Source: Candidatus Falkowbacteria bacterium | GTDB lineage: Bacteria > Patescibacteriota > Patescibacteriia > Patescibacteriales > UBA12075 | Assembly: GCA_043801965.1 (NCBI GenBank) | Contig: JAZDLN010000028.1 | Span: 22,288-86,287 of the forward strand | DNA: 64,000 nt | Direction of reading: 5' to 3' | Shown here: positions 19,058 to 27,298 of the stretch, in pieces | Layout: every line of letters begins with the position of its first letter | How positions within the stretch are numbered: the first letter of the stretch is position 1 | Translations under genes and position numbers: made by a program | The notes under the pieces: generated by a model | The model's input: the letters and a program-made list of their open reading frames with translations, nothing else | What the model was told of the DNA's origin: nothing | Database searches by the model: none

Positions 19058-19954
19058 ATGGGAATTTTTGAAAAATTTTTTCGGGTTAACAAAACTAAAG
19101 CCAAATTTGAGGACGGTGCTTTAAGCGGACGGGAACAGGAAAAAGAACCGGCCGACATTATTCCAGGTGGCGAGGAAACATCGGAGCCGGAGAATGGCGC
19201 GGTTGAAAATAAAAGAGAAGAAGTCCTGCCGGATATGGAAAAACCGGAGACTTTGCCCTTTAATATCGATACGGCGGCGGATTTTATCAGGCTTTTGGAA
19301 TTACGGCTAAAAGAAGCGCAGGAGAGCAAAAACGACAAAAACGAAAAAGAACTGTTCTACCAGATGGTGAAGATAAAAAGCGGCCTTAATACCGCCGGAC
19401 TCTCGGCGGACGAGGTGCGGATTCGGGAGATGCAGCCGGGCGTTTTAGGCACGTTCGATCCGGGCAACCGCGAGATCGCGGGTGCTAAGGCCATGTTTGA
19501 GGATTTCGGAAGCGATGAACGGCTTTTCCGCACGGTCTTTCTCCACGAAGCCACGCATCGCGACCGCGTCGCGGACGAGGGTTTCTGCGAACTATCGGTC
19601 GAGATGAAGATCGATGCCGTGCCCGGAATTTACGATGCCGAAAAACAGAAAGCGAAAAAAACCTTTAATGAGCTTCTGGGCATGAAGGGCGCGATCGAGC
19701 TTTATAATATCGACGAGCCGGAAAAGCTGGCCGAAGCCTATATCGCGGCTAAACTCGAAAAAGAGCTGGGCATCAGGAAAGCCCAGGAAATTTTAGCGGA
19801 CAAAAAGATCCTGAAAAGCGAAACAGAAAAATTAAAAGAAGATATCGGGGACGATCTGAAAAAAGGCGCGCCGCGTTTGCACGAAAAACTGAAAACCCGC
19901 GGTTTTGATTTTAAAAAGAAGATCACCGGGGCTTTGGACAGGATGGGGAAGTAG
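19058..19954 (+). CDS. Hypothetical protein with a HExxH motif (possible minimal zincin)
   Basis: Acidic N-terminus and the central motif VFLHEATHRD (H-E-A-T-H). No family recognised. Confidence 0.5.
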   Translation: MGIFEKFFRVNKTKAKFEDGALSGREQEKEPADIIPGGEETSEPENGAVENKREEVLPDMEKPETLPFNIDTAADFIRLLELRLKEAQESKNDKNEKELFYQMVKIKSGLNTAGLSADEVRIREMQPGVLGTFDPGNREIAGAKAMFEDFGSDERLFRTVFLHEATHRDRVADEGFCELSVEMKIDAVPGIYDAEKQKAKKTFNELLGMKGAIELYNIDEPEKLAEAYIAAKLEKELGIRKAQEILADKKILKSETEKLKEDIGDDLKKGAPRLHEKLKTRGFDFKKKITGALDRMGK

Positions 19955-19963
19955 ATTACACTT

Positions 19964-20017
19964 GTCCCTCATCCCCAGCCCTTCTCCCCCGGCTGTGGCG
20001 CCGCGGGAGAAGGGAGC
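19964..20017 (+). repeat. GC-rich hairpin element, copy 1
   Basis: GTCCCTCATCCCCAGCCCTTCTCCCCCGGCTGTGGCGCCGCGGGAGAAGGGAGC contains the CCCTTCTCCC/GGGAGAAGGG stem. It is related in inverse orientation to 20084-20130. Confidence 0.75.
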
Positions 20018-20083
20018 TATAGAAAATATTTGAGGCTGGCAGTAGAAAATTTAAATTCAACATAAAATTAAAGATCTAAACCA

Positions 20084-20130
20084 GGCACCCTCTCCCGCGC
20101 GGTATCGGGGGAGAGGGACGGGGTGAGGGC
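20084..20130 (-). repeat. GC-rich hairpin element, copy 2 (inverted)
   Basis: The reverse complement GCCCTCACCCCGTCCCTCTCCCCCGATACCGCGCGGGAGAGGGTGCC aligns with copy 1. Internal stem CCCTCTCCC/GGGAGAGGG. Confidence 0.75.
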
Positions 20131-20133
20131 TAT

Positions 20134-20619
20134 ATGAAAACATTAATCGTTTATTATTCGAGAACTAAAACGACCAAGAAGGTGGCCGAGGCGCTGGCAC
20201 AAAAACTGGAAGCCGATCTCGAGGAGATTATCGACAAAAAAGACCGTGCCGGCGCTTTCGGGTATTTGTCGGCCGGCCGGGACGCGACCCGGCGGTATTT
20301 GACCGATATTGAGCCGGCGAAAAAAGCGGCCGGCGATTACGACCTGGTCATAATCGGCACGCCGATCTGGTCCTGGAACCTGTCCACCCCGGTACGCACC
20401 TATCTTTCTGAGAATAAGGAAATTTTATATAAAATAAAAACCGCTTTTTTCTCTACGATGAGCGGGTCAGGGCATGAACGAGCCGGCCGCGAGATGGGGG
20501 GCATTATCGGCCGGGAGCCGGTCGCGACCTTAGGGCTTTTGACCAAGGAGGTGGTGCGGGACGAATACGGCTCTAAGTTGGAAGAATTCATAAATAAAAT
20601 TATTCAGGCGATAAAATAA
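20134..20619 (+). CDS. Flavodoxin-like fold protein
   Basis: MKTLIVYYSRTKTTKKVAEALA start and the IIGTPIWSWNLSTPVRTYL motif, typical of the flavodoxin_4 family. Confidence 0.7.
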   Translation: MKTLIVYYSRTKTTKKVAEALAQKLEADLEEIIDKKDRAGAFGYLSAGRDATRRYLTDIEPAKKAAGDYDLVIIGTPIWSWNLSTPVRTYLSENKEILYKIKTAFFSTMSGSGHERAGREMGGIIGREPVATLGLLTKEVVRDEYGSKLEEFINKIIQAIK

Positions 20620-20630
20620 TTTTTAAAAAT

Positions 20631-21731
20631 ATGGAAAATTTAGACAAGATAAAAAGCGCCGATTTTGTGGTAAAGCCTGAAAAAATCGTTTCCCGGAACG
20701 CCACCCAGATAGTGGCCGCAGAAATGATAGATGATATTTCGGTTTTTTCCGACGAAGATAGAGTGATAGTAGAAAAGAAGCTAGTAGAGGACGAGCCCCT
20801 GGATGCTAAAGAACAAAAAAAATTTGATCAAGCTAGGAGCGCTTGGTGGTACAATAAATACGGTTTTTCATATACAATGAAAGAGGCGCGCCAAGAAACT
20901 TTGCTTAGAAAATATGAATCTGACAAAAAAGCAGAAGAAGAAAGAATTTCTTTGCAGCAAGAATTATTTTTAGCTTTTAAAGATGGCGACAGTGAACAAA
21001 TAGCAAAACTTAAAGAAAGATATGAAGGCGAATTCCCGGATCAATGCGAGGGCATAGCCGCTTTATTCGGATTAGCGGATTATTTAAAAATTCAGGAGAA
21101 ATTATATTCTCAGGACACGATAGAAAGAGAACGGAGAGGGGATATGATCAAAGGATTAACTGAATACCAGTTCCTTTTAGCCCATTTTATCAGTTTAAAT
21201 GGTCAAAATAAAGAATTTTTGCGGATTTTTTGGGAAGTAATGGAAAAATCCGCCGACGCCTGCGGCGAATTAAAACAATTTAATGTTATGCGCCAAGGGG
21301 TATTAAGCCAAGTGGCGACTTTTAAAATTTTTGAAGCTTTGGGAGCAAATCCAAAATTGTCGCATCCGCGCGAAGACGCTTTTGAGGCCATAGACATGTG
21401 GAGCGACGATAAAAATGCTATTCAGGTCAAAAGCAATAAACGTATCACCGAACCCATGATCGTTGAAGCCGATAGCGTGGTTTTTCCTGGTATAGAAACG
21501 AAAAAAGAGGGGGATAATAATTATTATAATTCAAAATATTTTTCTGACATGCAGAGATTTAAAGGTAAATTAAAACAGTACGGATTGCTTTTGGGCAAGG
21601 AATTAAAGGGCTATTTATTGGTCGTGCCGACCGCGCAATTCGACTTCATTACCGGCGAACCAAGCGAAAAGATCGTTGAATTCGTCCGGGAGCATATTAA
21701 CCGGAAGAAAGAAGAGGAAAACAATAATTAA
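20631..21731 (+). CDS. Hypothetical protein with a C-terminal Mrr-cat/PD-(D/E)xK-like nuclease motif
   Basis: GVLSQVATFKIFEALG...EDAFEAIDMWSDDKNAIQVKS resembles the D...(Q/E)xK core of Mrr-type restriction endonuclease folds. The gene is visibly more AT-rich than its neighbours. Confidence 0.4.
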   Translation: MENLDKIKSADFVVKPEKIVSRNATQIVAAEMIDDISVFSDEDRVIVEKKLVEDEPLDAKEQKKFDQARSAWWYNKYGFSYTMKEARQETLLRKYESDKKAEEERISLQQELFLAFKDGDSEQIAKLKERYEGEFPDQCEGIAALFGLADYLKIQEKLYSQDTIERERRGDMIKGLTEYQFLLAHFISLNGQNKEFLRIFWEVMEKSADACGELKQFNVMRQGVLSQVATFKIFEALGANPKLSHPREDAFEAIDMWSDDKNAIQVKSNKRITEPMIVEADSVVFPGIETKKEGDNNYYNSKYFSDMQRFKGKLKQYGLLLGKELKGYLLVVPTAQFDFITGEPSEKIVEFVREHINRKKEEENNN

Positions 21732-21740
21732 TTCGATTTT

Positions 21741-22337
21741 ATGCTCATAGCCATCGACGTCGACGAGGTGCTCGCGGATTTCTCGAGCGCCCTGGTCGAA
21801 TATCACAACAATAAGTATCATCGCGGTCTTTTAGGCTACCGGCCGGAGATGAAGCACTGGTGGCAGGCCTGGGGCAAGACCAAGGAGGGGGCGATCGGCC
21901 GGGTGTACGAATTCATAAACTCCCGGGAGGTCCTTAAGATCGACCCGATCCCGGGAGCGGTCGAGGGCGTCAGGGCCCTTAAGGAATCGGGGCATGACCT
22001 CGTCGTGATCACCGGCCGGCCGATCGAGGCCATGGACGAAACCTGGACCTGGCTCAACGTCCATTTTCCGGATATGTTCGGGCGGGCCTATTCCACCGAT
22101 TTCCATCTCGTTAACCGGGGAAAAGAGAACAAAGGCGATATCTGCGCCCGGCGGGGAGTCAAACTGCTGATTGACGATTTTTTTGAATATTGCCTGGAGG
22201 CGCGGGAGAAGGGCGTGCCCTCGCTTCTTTTCACGACCCCCTGGAACCGCGATTTAGAATTACCCGCGGGCATCAGCCGGGCCAATAACTGGGCGGAAAT
22301 CGTGAATTATGTTAAAAGCAACGGGCAAGCGGCTTAA
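21741..22337 (+). CDS. HAD-superfamily 5'(3')-deoxyribonucleotidase-like protein
   Basis: MLIAIDVDEVLADF (the DxDxV motif I of the NT5C family), VVITGRP (motif II) and LLIDD (motif IV). Confidence 0.7.
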   Translation: MLIAIDVDEVLADFSSALVEYHNNKYHRGLLGYRPEMKHWWQAWGKTKEGAIGRVYEFINSREVLKIDPIPGAVEGVRALKESGHDLVVITGRPIEAMDETWTWLNVHFPDMFGRAYSTDFHLVNRGKENKGDICARRGVKLLIDDFFEYCLEAREKGVPSLLFTTPWNRDLELPAGISRANNWAEIVNYVKSNGQAA

Positions 22338-22400
22338 ATTAATCTTTTTGCAATAATCTATTAATATAATAATAAATTAACAATAACCATCGTAAATTAT

Positions 22401-23339
22401 ATGACTAACGCAAATACGACCGACAATGCCGCCAAATTCGCTTTTTACTACATGCTTTCCCTGGTGGCGCTGGTATTCATGGCCCTGTCCACGGGCATGA
22501 TAATCTTCCAGGTGATCAACAAGAATATCGTGGACACTCTGCACGAAGGCAGCGGGCGTTTCTCTTCCGAGGCGCTTAAGTTCGCCATTTCGGCCCTGAT
22601 AATATCCGCGCCGGTCTTTTTCGCCGCCAGCCGCGGTATCTATCGGAGCCTTTTTTCCGGCGCGCTTAACCGCGAATCGGGCATCAGGAAGTGGCTCACT
22701 TATTTTATCCTTTTCATAGCTTCCGTCGTGATGATCGGCTGGCTCATATTCACGATCAATAATTTCCTTAACGGCGAACTGACGCTGAAATTCCTGCTTA
22801 AGGCCGTAACCGCCATCGGCATCGCGGTCAGCGTTTTCACTTTTTATTATTACGATATCCGGCGCGCGGAGGTGGTCGACAAAAAAGACCGGGTAATAAG
22901 CGTTTATTTTTACGGGACCCTGGCCATAATAATCGCCGCTTTCGTGTCCGCGCTCTTCGTGGTCGAATCGCCGACCGTAACCCGCAACCGGAAGCTCGAT
23001 AACGCGATCCTGGAATCGTTTAGCCAGATAGATCAGGCCATAAGCGAATATTATCGCGAGAACAGCCGCCTGCCGGAAAATCTTAGTACCCTGCGCGAAG
23101 AATATCCCTACATAACCGACGAAGATATCAGGGACAAGGAGACCGGCGCCTTTGAGCTTAATATTACCGGCGACCGGGCTTACGAATTATGCGCTGTTTT
23201 CCGCACGTCCAATACCGACGAAAGCGGTTCTTACGAATGGTACAGGGAGCGCTGGCCCCATGAGGCCGGCCGGCAATGCCTGAAGCAGAAAGTCCTGTCC
23301 CTGGAGGAGGAAAAAGCCATGCCTTTGCCGATAAGATAG
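22401..23339 (+). CDS. Multi-pass membrane protein (DUF5671-like N-terminal domain)
   Basis: Five or six predicted TM helices followed by a soluble C-terminal part. The family name is from memory of similar CPR proteins and is unverified. Confidence 0.5.
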   Translation: MTNANTTDNAAKFAFYYMLSLVALVFMALSTGMIIFQVINKNIVDTLHEGSGRFSSEALKFAISALIISAPVFFAASRGIYRSLFSGALNRESGIRKWLTYFILFIASVVMIGWLIFTINNFLNGELTLKFLLKAVTAIGIAVSVFTFYYYDIRRAEVVDKKDRVISVYFYGTLAIIIAAFVSALFVVESPTVTRNRKLDNAILESFSQIDQAISEYYRENSRLPENLSTLREEYPYITDEDIRDKETGAFELNITGDRAYELCAVFRTSNTDESGSYEWYRERWPHEAGRQCLKQKVLSLEEEKAMPLPIR

Positions 23340-23390
23340 TTGATATCATATAACAAAATCAGCCGTTCATTGACAAAGGAGCATAACCCC

Positions 23391-23996
23391 ATGAAAACGT
23401 CATTAGCGATACTGGCCGGTTTATTTTTGGTTTTGGCGATAGGTACTCCGCCCGTGTCCGCTAAGGAGCCGGGCGACACTCTCGTAAGATCGATCGAGCG
23501 CGCTTTATCCATATTGAGGGCGGATGACTCTCCGGCCTTAAAAAAAGCCAGGATCCGCGAGGTCGTCGACGATCTTTTCGATTTTGAGCTGATGGCCCAA
23601 AAAGTAACCGGTCATCACTGGAATAATTTCAGTCCGGAAGAAAAAAGGGAATTTACCGCCGTGTTCGCGGATTTTGTGGGCGATATTTATCTGGATAAAC
23701 TCAAGTTCTATCGGAGCGAGAAGATCGAACTCATCGGACAATACCACAGAAGCGAAAGCGATGGCCGTTCTTATTATCTGGTATGCACCATGATCACCAA
23801 GATCGATCAGCAATTCCGCGTGAATTACGGAATGTACGTTTCCGCCGAAAAAGTCCGCGTTTACGACGTTGAGATCGAGGGGGTTAGCCTGATACGAAGC
23901 TTCCGCGCCCAATACGCGAACCTTCTCGAAAAAATGGCTCCGGCAAAATTCATAGAGAATGTGAAAGCCCGGCTTAAAGAGAGGCGAAGATCATGA
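23391..23996 (+). CDS. MlaC/Ttg2D-like phospholipid-binding periplasmic protein
   Basis: Signal peptide MKTSLAILAGLFLVLAIGTPPVSA. VDDLFDFELMAQKVTGHHWNNFSPEEKREFTAVFADFV matches the toluene-tolerance Ttg2D/MlaC core. Track start 23340 trimmed to ATG 23391. Confidence 0.7.
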   Translation: MKTSLAILAGLFLVLAIGTPPVSAKEPGDTLVRSIERALSILRADDSPALKKARIREVVDDLFDFELMAQKVTGHHWNNFSPEEKREFTAVFADFVGDIYLDKLKFYRSEKIELIGQYHRSESDGRSYYLVCTMITKIDQQFRVNYGMYVSAEKVRVYDVEIEGVSLIRSFRAQYANLLEKMAPAKFIENVKARLKERRRS

Positions 23997-24769
23997 AAAA
24001 ACCCGTAATTCCCGCGTTGGACGGACACGGAACGAAAGCCGATATTATCAAGGCGGCCGTCGAGATCAGCCAATCGCCCCTATCCGATATTATCCATTAC
24101 TGGAAGATCAATGACGCGGCCCATCTAAAGCGTTCCACGGGGCAAGCGGTCATAAAGGCTTTGCGCCGGACGATCGGCAAAGACCGGAGCTGCGGCATAT
24201 TCCTTGATCTTAAATTGACCGAAACGAACGGCAGCTTAGTCAATATCGCGCGCCATTATGCCGATTCCCGGCCGGACATTTTAACCGTTACCGGAAAGAT
24301 TTCGACGCGCGGATTCATCGAGCTCCGCCGGACATTGCCGAAGACCAGGATCGCCCTGGTAAGCGTTTTAAGCGATATTACGGAAGAAGAGTGCCGTTTC
24401 CGCTGGTGCAAGTCCCCCCAAGACCTGATGATCTCGGAAATAGAGGGGATCCAGGATTATTACCGGCGGCTTAAAAGCTATACCGATCCGGCTGCGGCCT
24501 TCGACATGGTAGTTTGCTCCCCGGCCGAGGTCGGCTTTTTAAGCCGGCGTTTTTCCTGGCTCGAATTCGTGGTTCCCGGCATCCGCGACGCCTGGATGGT
24601 AAACGGGCAGCAGGCCAGGATCTCCGGCATCGTCCGGACGCTCGATAACGGCGCTGATTACGTCGTTTTAGGCGCCCAGATCGCGCGGGGCAATCCGGAA
24701 AAAGGCATCACGGCCGAAGACAGCCGGAATCTTACCCTGATCGAACTTGAGAGGAGGGGGAAGACATGA
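23993..24769 (+). CDS. OMP-decarboxylase/HPS/KGPDC-superfamily protein (divergent)
   Basis: PALDGH, IFLDLKLTETNGS (canonical DxKxxD with the last D replaced by E) and a VVLGAQIARG C-terminal phosphate-binding-like motif. ATGA overlap with the upstream gene. Confidence 0.5.
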   Translation: MKKPVIPALDGHGTKADIIKAAVEISQSPLSDIIHYWKINDAAHLKRSTGQAVIKALRRTIGKDRSCGIFLDLKLTETNGSLVNIARHYADSRPDILTVTGKISTRGFIELRRTLPKTRIALVSVLSDITEEECRFRWCKSPQDLMISEIEGIQDYYRRLKSYTDPAAAFDMVVCSPAEVGFLSRRFSWLEFVVPGIRDAWMVNGQQARISGIVRTLDNGADYVVLGAQIARGNPEKGITAEDSRNLTLIELERRGKT

Positions 24770-24822
24770 ATTTAAGGAATTATTCGCGATCCGGAAAATT
24801 TTGAATTTTAAAGGAGAAAATC

Positions 24823-25311
24823 ATGGCAGAAAGCGCGCCGGTCATCCAGAAATATTTCAACACCTGCTTTGTGTGCCAGACCAAGGGACTTGAAAGTTTT
24901 GAAGTGAAACTCGATCCGGCCGGCCGGATAGTATGCGTGAACGAATGCTCTTGCCAGAAAAGACAGAAGGAAAGGAGCTCCGCGTTCCTGCGTTTCGCCC
25001 AATACAGTTTCAGTCCGGAAAATATCGTCGATTTCGGTCCGGGTCTCGTAATTCTTAAAAAATCCGAAGCCGCGGACGATATACCCGCCCTGATCGATTC
25101 GCTCATCGCGCATTATTTCCGCAATTTTTGCGCTGCCCGGAGCCTGGAACCGTCGAAGGAAAGTCTTGAACTTTTTGACGCCACCTCTGACTGCCGGCTT
25201 TTGTCGGTCAGTCTCGGAAGAGAGCGGGTAAAAGCGGTTTTATCCGCCTGGCTCCCCGCGCCTAAGCCGAAAAAAACCGCCAAAGCGAAACCGGCCGCGG
25301 CCGCACCCTGA
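24823..25311 (+). CDS. Hypothetical Cys-containing protein with an Ala/Lys/Pro-rich tail
   Basis: CFVCQ...CVNECSC cluster and a C-terminal PAPKPKKTAKAKPAAAAP. No family recognised. Confidence 0.5.
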   Translation: MAESAPVIQKYFNTCFVCQTKGLESFEVKLDPAGRIVCVNECSCQKRQKERSSAFLRFAQYSFSPENIVDFGPGLVILKKSEAADDIPALIDSLIAHYFRNFCAARSLEPSKESLELFDATSDCRLLSVSLGRERVKAVLSAWLPAPKPKKTAKAKPAAAAP

Positions 25312-25344
25312 AAAAGCCTGAATCCAGGCTAAAATAATTTAAAT

Positions 25345-25376
25345 AGTTAGCTTATATTAGCTAACTTTTTTATTTT
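25345..25376 (+). terminator. Rho-independent terminator
   Basis: AGTTAGC-TTATATTA-GCTAACT followed by TTTTTTATTTT. Confidence 0.65.
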
Positions 25377-25403
25377 GCTTTTCGCGGCGTTTTAAGGTAT
25401 AAT
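25375..25403 (+). promoter_or_regulatory. Putative promoter of scpA-scpB
   Basis: TTGCTT (25375-25380), exactly 17 nt, then TATAAT (25398-25403). Confidence 0.5.
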
Positions 25404-25445
25404 ATTAACAGGTTAACCGCCGTTCTCTGACGGCTATTTAGTTTA

Positions 25446-26162
25446 ATGATAGAATTCAAACTGGAAAAATTCGAAGGGCCGCTTTCCCTGCTTTTGAAAT
25501 TAATAGAGCAGGAAGAGATGGATATTACCCAGGTAAGCCTGGCTAACGTCGCCGACCAATACGTGGAGTATATAAAAAGATCTCCGGCGATCGACCCGGA
25601 AGAAGTGGCCGATTTTTTGGTGGTGGCCGCGAAGCTCCTGCTCATAAAATCAAAAGCGCTTCTGCCTTATCTTTATCCGGAAGAAGCGGAGGAGATCGAC
25701 GACCTTGAGAAGCAGTTGCGGATGTATAAGGAGTTCGTCGAAGCCGCCCGCAAGATAAACCTGATGATCGGCAAGAAGAAATTCATGTTTACCCGCGTTT
25801 TTAACCGTCGGGCCATGCTCGCCGACGCGAACCTGTTTTCCCCTCCGGCGAAGATCGGAGTGGACGACATGAGGATGATCTTCCGGGACCTTCTGGCCCG
25901 CCTGCGTCCTCCGGAAGCGCTTGAAGAAAGGACTATGGTCAGCAAGGTTTCGATCGAGGATAAAATCCTCCATATCCAGCAGATGCTCGTTACGAGGATA
26001 AGGATGAGCTTCAACAAGGTGCTCGGACGCGCCAAGGACAAAACCGAAATAATAGTGAGTTTCCTGGCCATGCTCGAGCTTATGCGCCAGCGGGAAGTGG
26101 TATTGGAGCAGACAGAGCTCTTTAGCGAGATCTTTATCTGTAAAATAACCAATGAGGATTAG
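25446..26162 (+). CDS. scpA: Segregation and condensation protein A
   Basis: FKLEKFEGPLSLLLKLIEQEEMDITQVSLANVADQY is the ScpA N-terminal signature. Confidence 0.9.
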   Translation: MIEFKLEKFEGPLSLLLKLIEQEEMDITQVSLANVADQYVEYIKRSPAIDPEEVADFLVVAAKLLLIKSKALLPYLYPEEAEEIDDLEKQLRMYKEFVEAARKINLMIGKKKFMFTRVFNRRAMLADANLFSPPAKIGVDDMRMIFRDLLARLRPPEALEERTMVSKVSIEDKILHIQQMLVTRIRMSFNKVLGRAKDKTEIIVSFLAMLELMRQREVVLEQTELFSEIFICKITNED

Positions 26163-26199
26163 AAATCGCCTTGACGCGTAAAATCATAAATATTGGATT

Positions 26200-27246
26200 A
26201 TGGATAATATAAAAAGCAAAATCGAATCGTTGTTATTCATCTCGGCCAAACCGATGACGATAAGCCAGCTGTCCGGACTCTTAAAGAAGAGCCCGAAAGA
26301 GGTCGGCGGGGCCGGGGACGAGCTCGTGGAGGATTATAAGCGGAACGGGGGCGGCATCCAGATAATCAAAAACGGGTCAAAATACCAGATGGTAAGCTCT
26401 CCCGAGAACGCCCACCTGGTCCAGGAGTTTATTAAGGACGAAACGACGGGCGAACTTTCGCGTCCGAGCCTCGAGGCTTTAACGATTATAGCTTACCGCG
26501 GGCCGATCACCAAGATAGAACTTGACCGGATCAGGGGCGTTAATTGCGCCCTTATCATCCGCAATCTTCTCCTGCGCGGCCTGATCGAGGGCCGGGCGGA
26601 CAAGATCAAGAAGGAAACTTATTACCGCGTTACTCTGGATTTTATCCGGTTTCTGGGCATTAACGATATCAAAGAGCTTCCTGATTACGAAAAGCTCAAC
26701 CAGGACGATACGATCGACCGGGTACTCGCCGGCAGCGAAGAGGGGCAGTCCGGACCGGCGGCCGATACCGGATTATCCGATGGCGATAATGAAGAGGTGG
26801 TCCCGGACGACGGAAACGGCGAGGGCGAAGATAGATCCGGAGACGACGCGGCTGAGGAAGCGGAAGATACCGACGAAGAAGAAAATGCCGATGATCTTAC
26901 GGAAAACCCGGACGCGGAAGAATTCGGATCCGATGAGGACGAAGCGGACGAAGAAGACGACGATAACGACGAAGCGGATGACGATAACGATGAAGCGACG
27001 GAGGAAGAAGAATTAGAAGAGGGGATAGACATAGTTTCAGGGGATGAAGAGGAGGAAAGCGTCGATAATAACGCGGAAGAAGACGGATTGGACGAAGAAG
27101 AAACGGATCTTATTTCTGGAGACGACGAAGAAAATACCGATGATCTAACTGAAGACCCGGTCGCGGAAGAATACGGGTCCGATGAGGACGAAGCGGACGA
27201 AGAGGATCCGGATGGCGAAGAGGAAAACGAAAAACCGGAAAATTAA
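26200..27246 (+). CDS. scpB: Segregation and condensation protein B with a roughly 170-aa acidic repeat tail
   Basis: The KIESLLFISAKPMTISQLSGLL and EALTIIAYRGPITKIELDRIRGV winged-helix motifs are ScpB. From about residue 175 the sequence is D/E-rich with an internal duplication. Confidence 0.88.
   Translation: MDNIKSKIESLLFISAKPMTISQLSGLLKKSPKEVGGAGDELVEDYKRNGGGIQIIKNGSKYQMVSSPENAHLVQEFIKDETTGELSRPSLEALTIIAYRGPITKIELDRIRGVNCALIIRNLLLRGLIEGRADKIKKETYYRVTLDFIRFLGINDIKELPDYEKLNQDDTIDRVLAGSEEGQSGPAADTGLSDGDNEEVVPDDGNGEGEDRSGDDAAEEAEDTDEEENADDLTENPDAEEFGSDEDEADEEDDDNDEADDDNDEATEEEELEEGIDIVSGDEEEESVDNNAEEDGLDEEETDLISGDDEENTDDLTEDPVAEEYGSDEDEADEEDPDGEEENEKPEN
26872..26954 (+). repeat. 83-bp direct repeat inside the scpB tail, copy 1
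   Basis: Hand alignment to 27121-27203 gives 8 mismatches in 83 nt, offset 249 nt (in frame). Confidence 0.85.
27121..27203 (+). repeat. 83-bp direct repeat inside the scpB tail, copy 2
   Basis: See copy 1. It encodes EENTDDLTEDPVAEEYGSDEDEADEE, versus EENADDLTENPDAEEFGSDEDEADEE in copy 1. Confidence 0.85.
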
Positions 27247-27298
27247 AAGGACTTTTTTACGAATTTTTTAATATTATACTAAATACCAGATACTAAAT

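Noticed and set aside
26780-27016. 78-aa alternative-frame ORF (and the 115-aa antisense ORF 26685..27032) within the scpB acidic tail
   Set aside because: These are products of the GA-rich repeat read in other frames (Lys/Arg/Thr-rich or Ser-rich). The ScpB frame is continuous with conserved domains.
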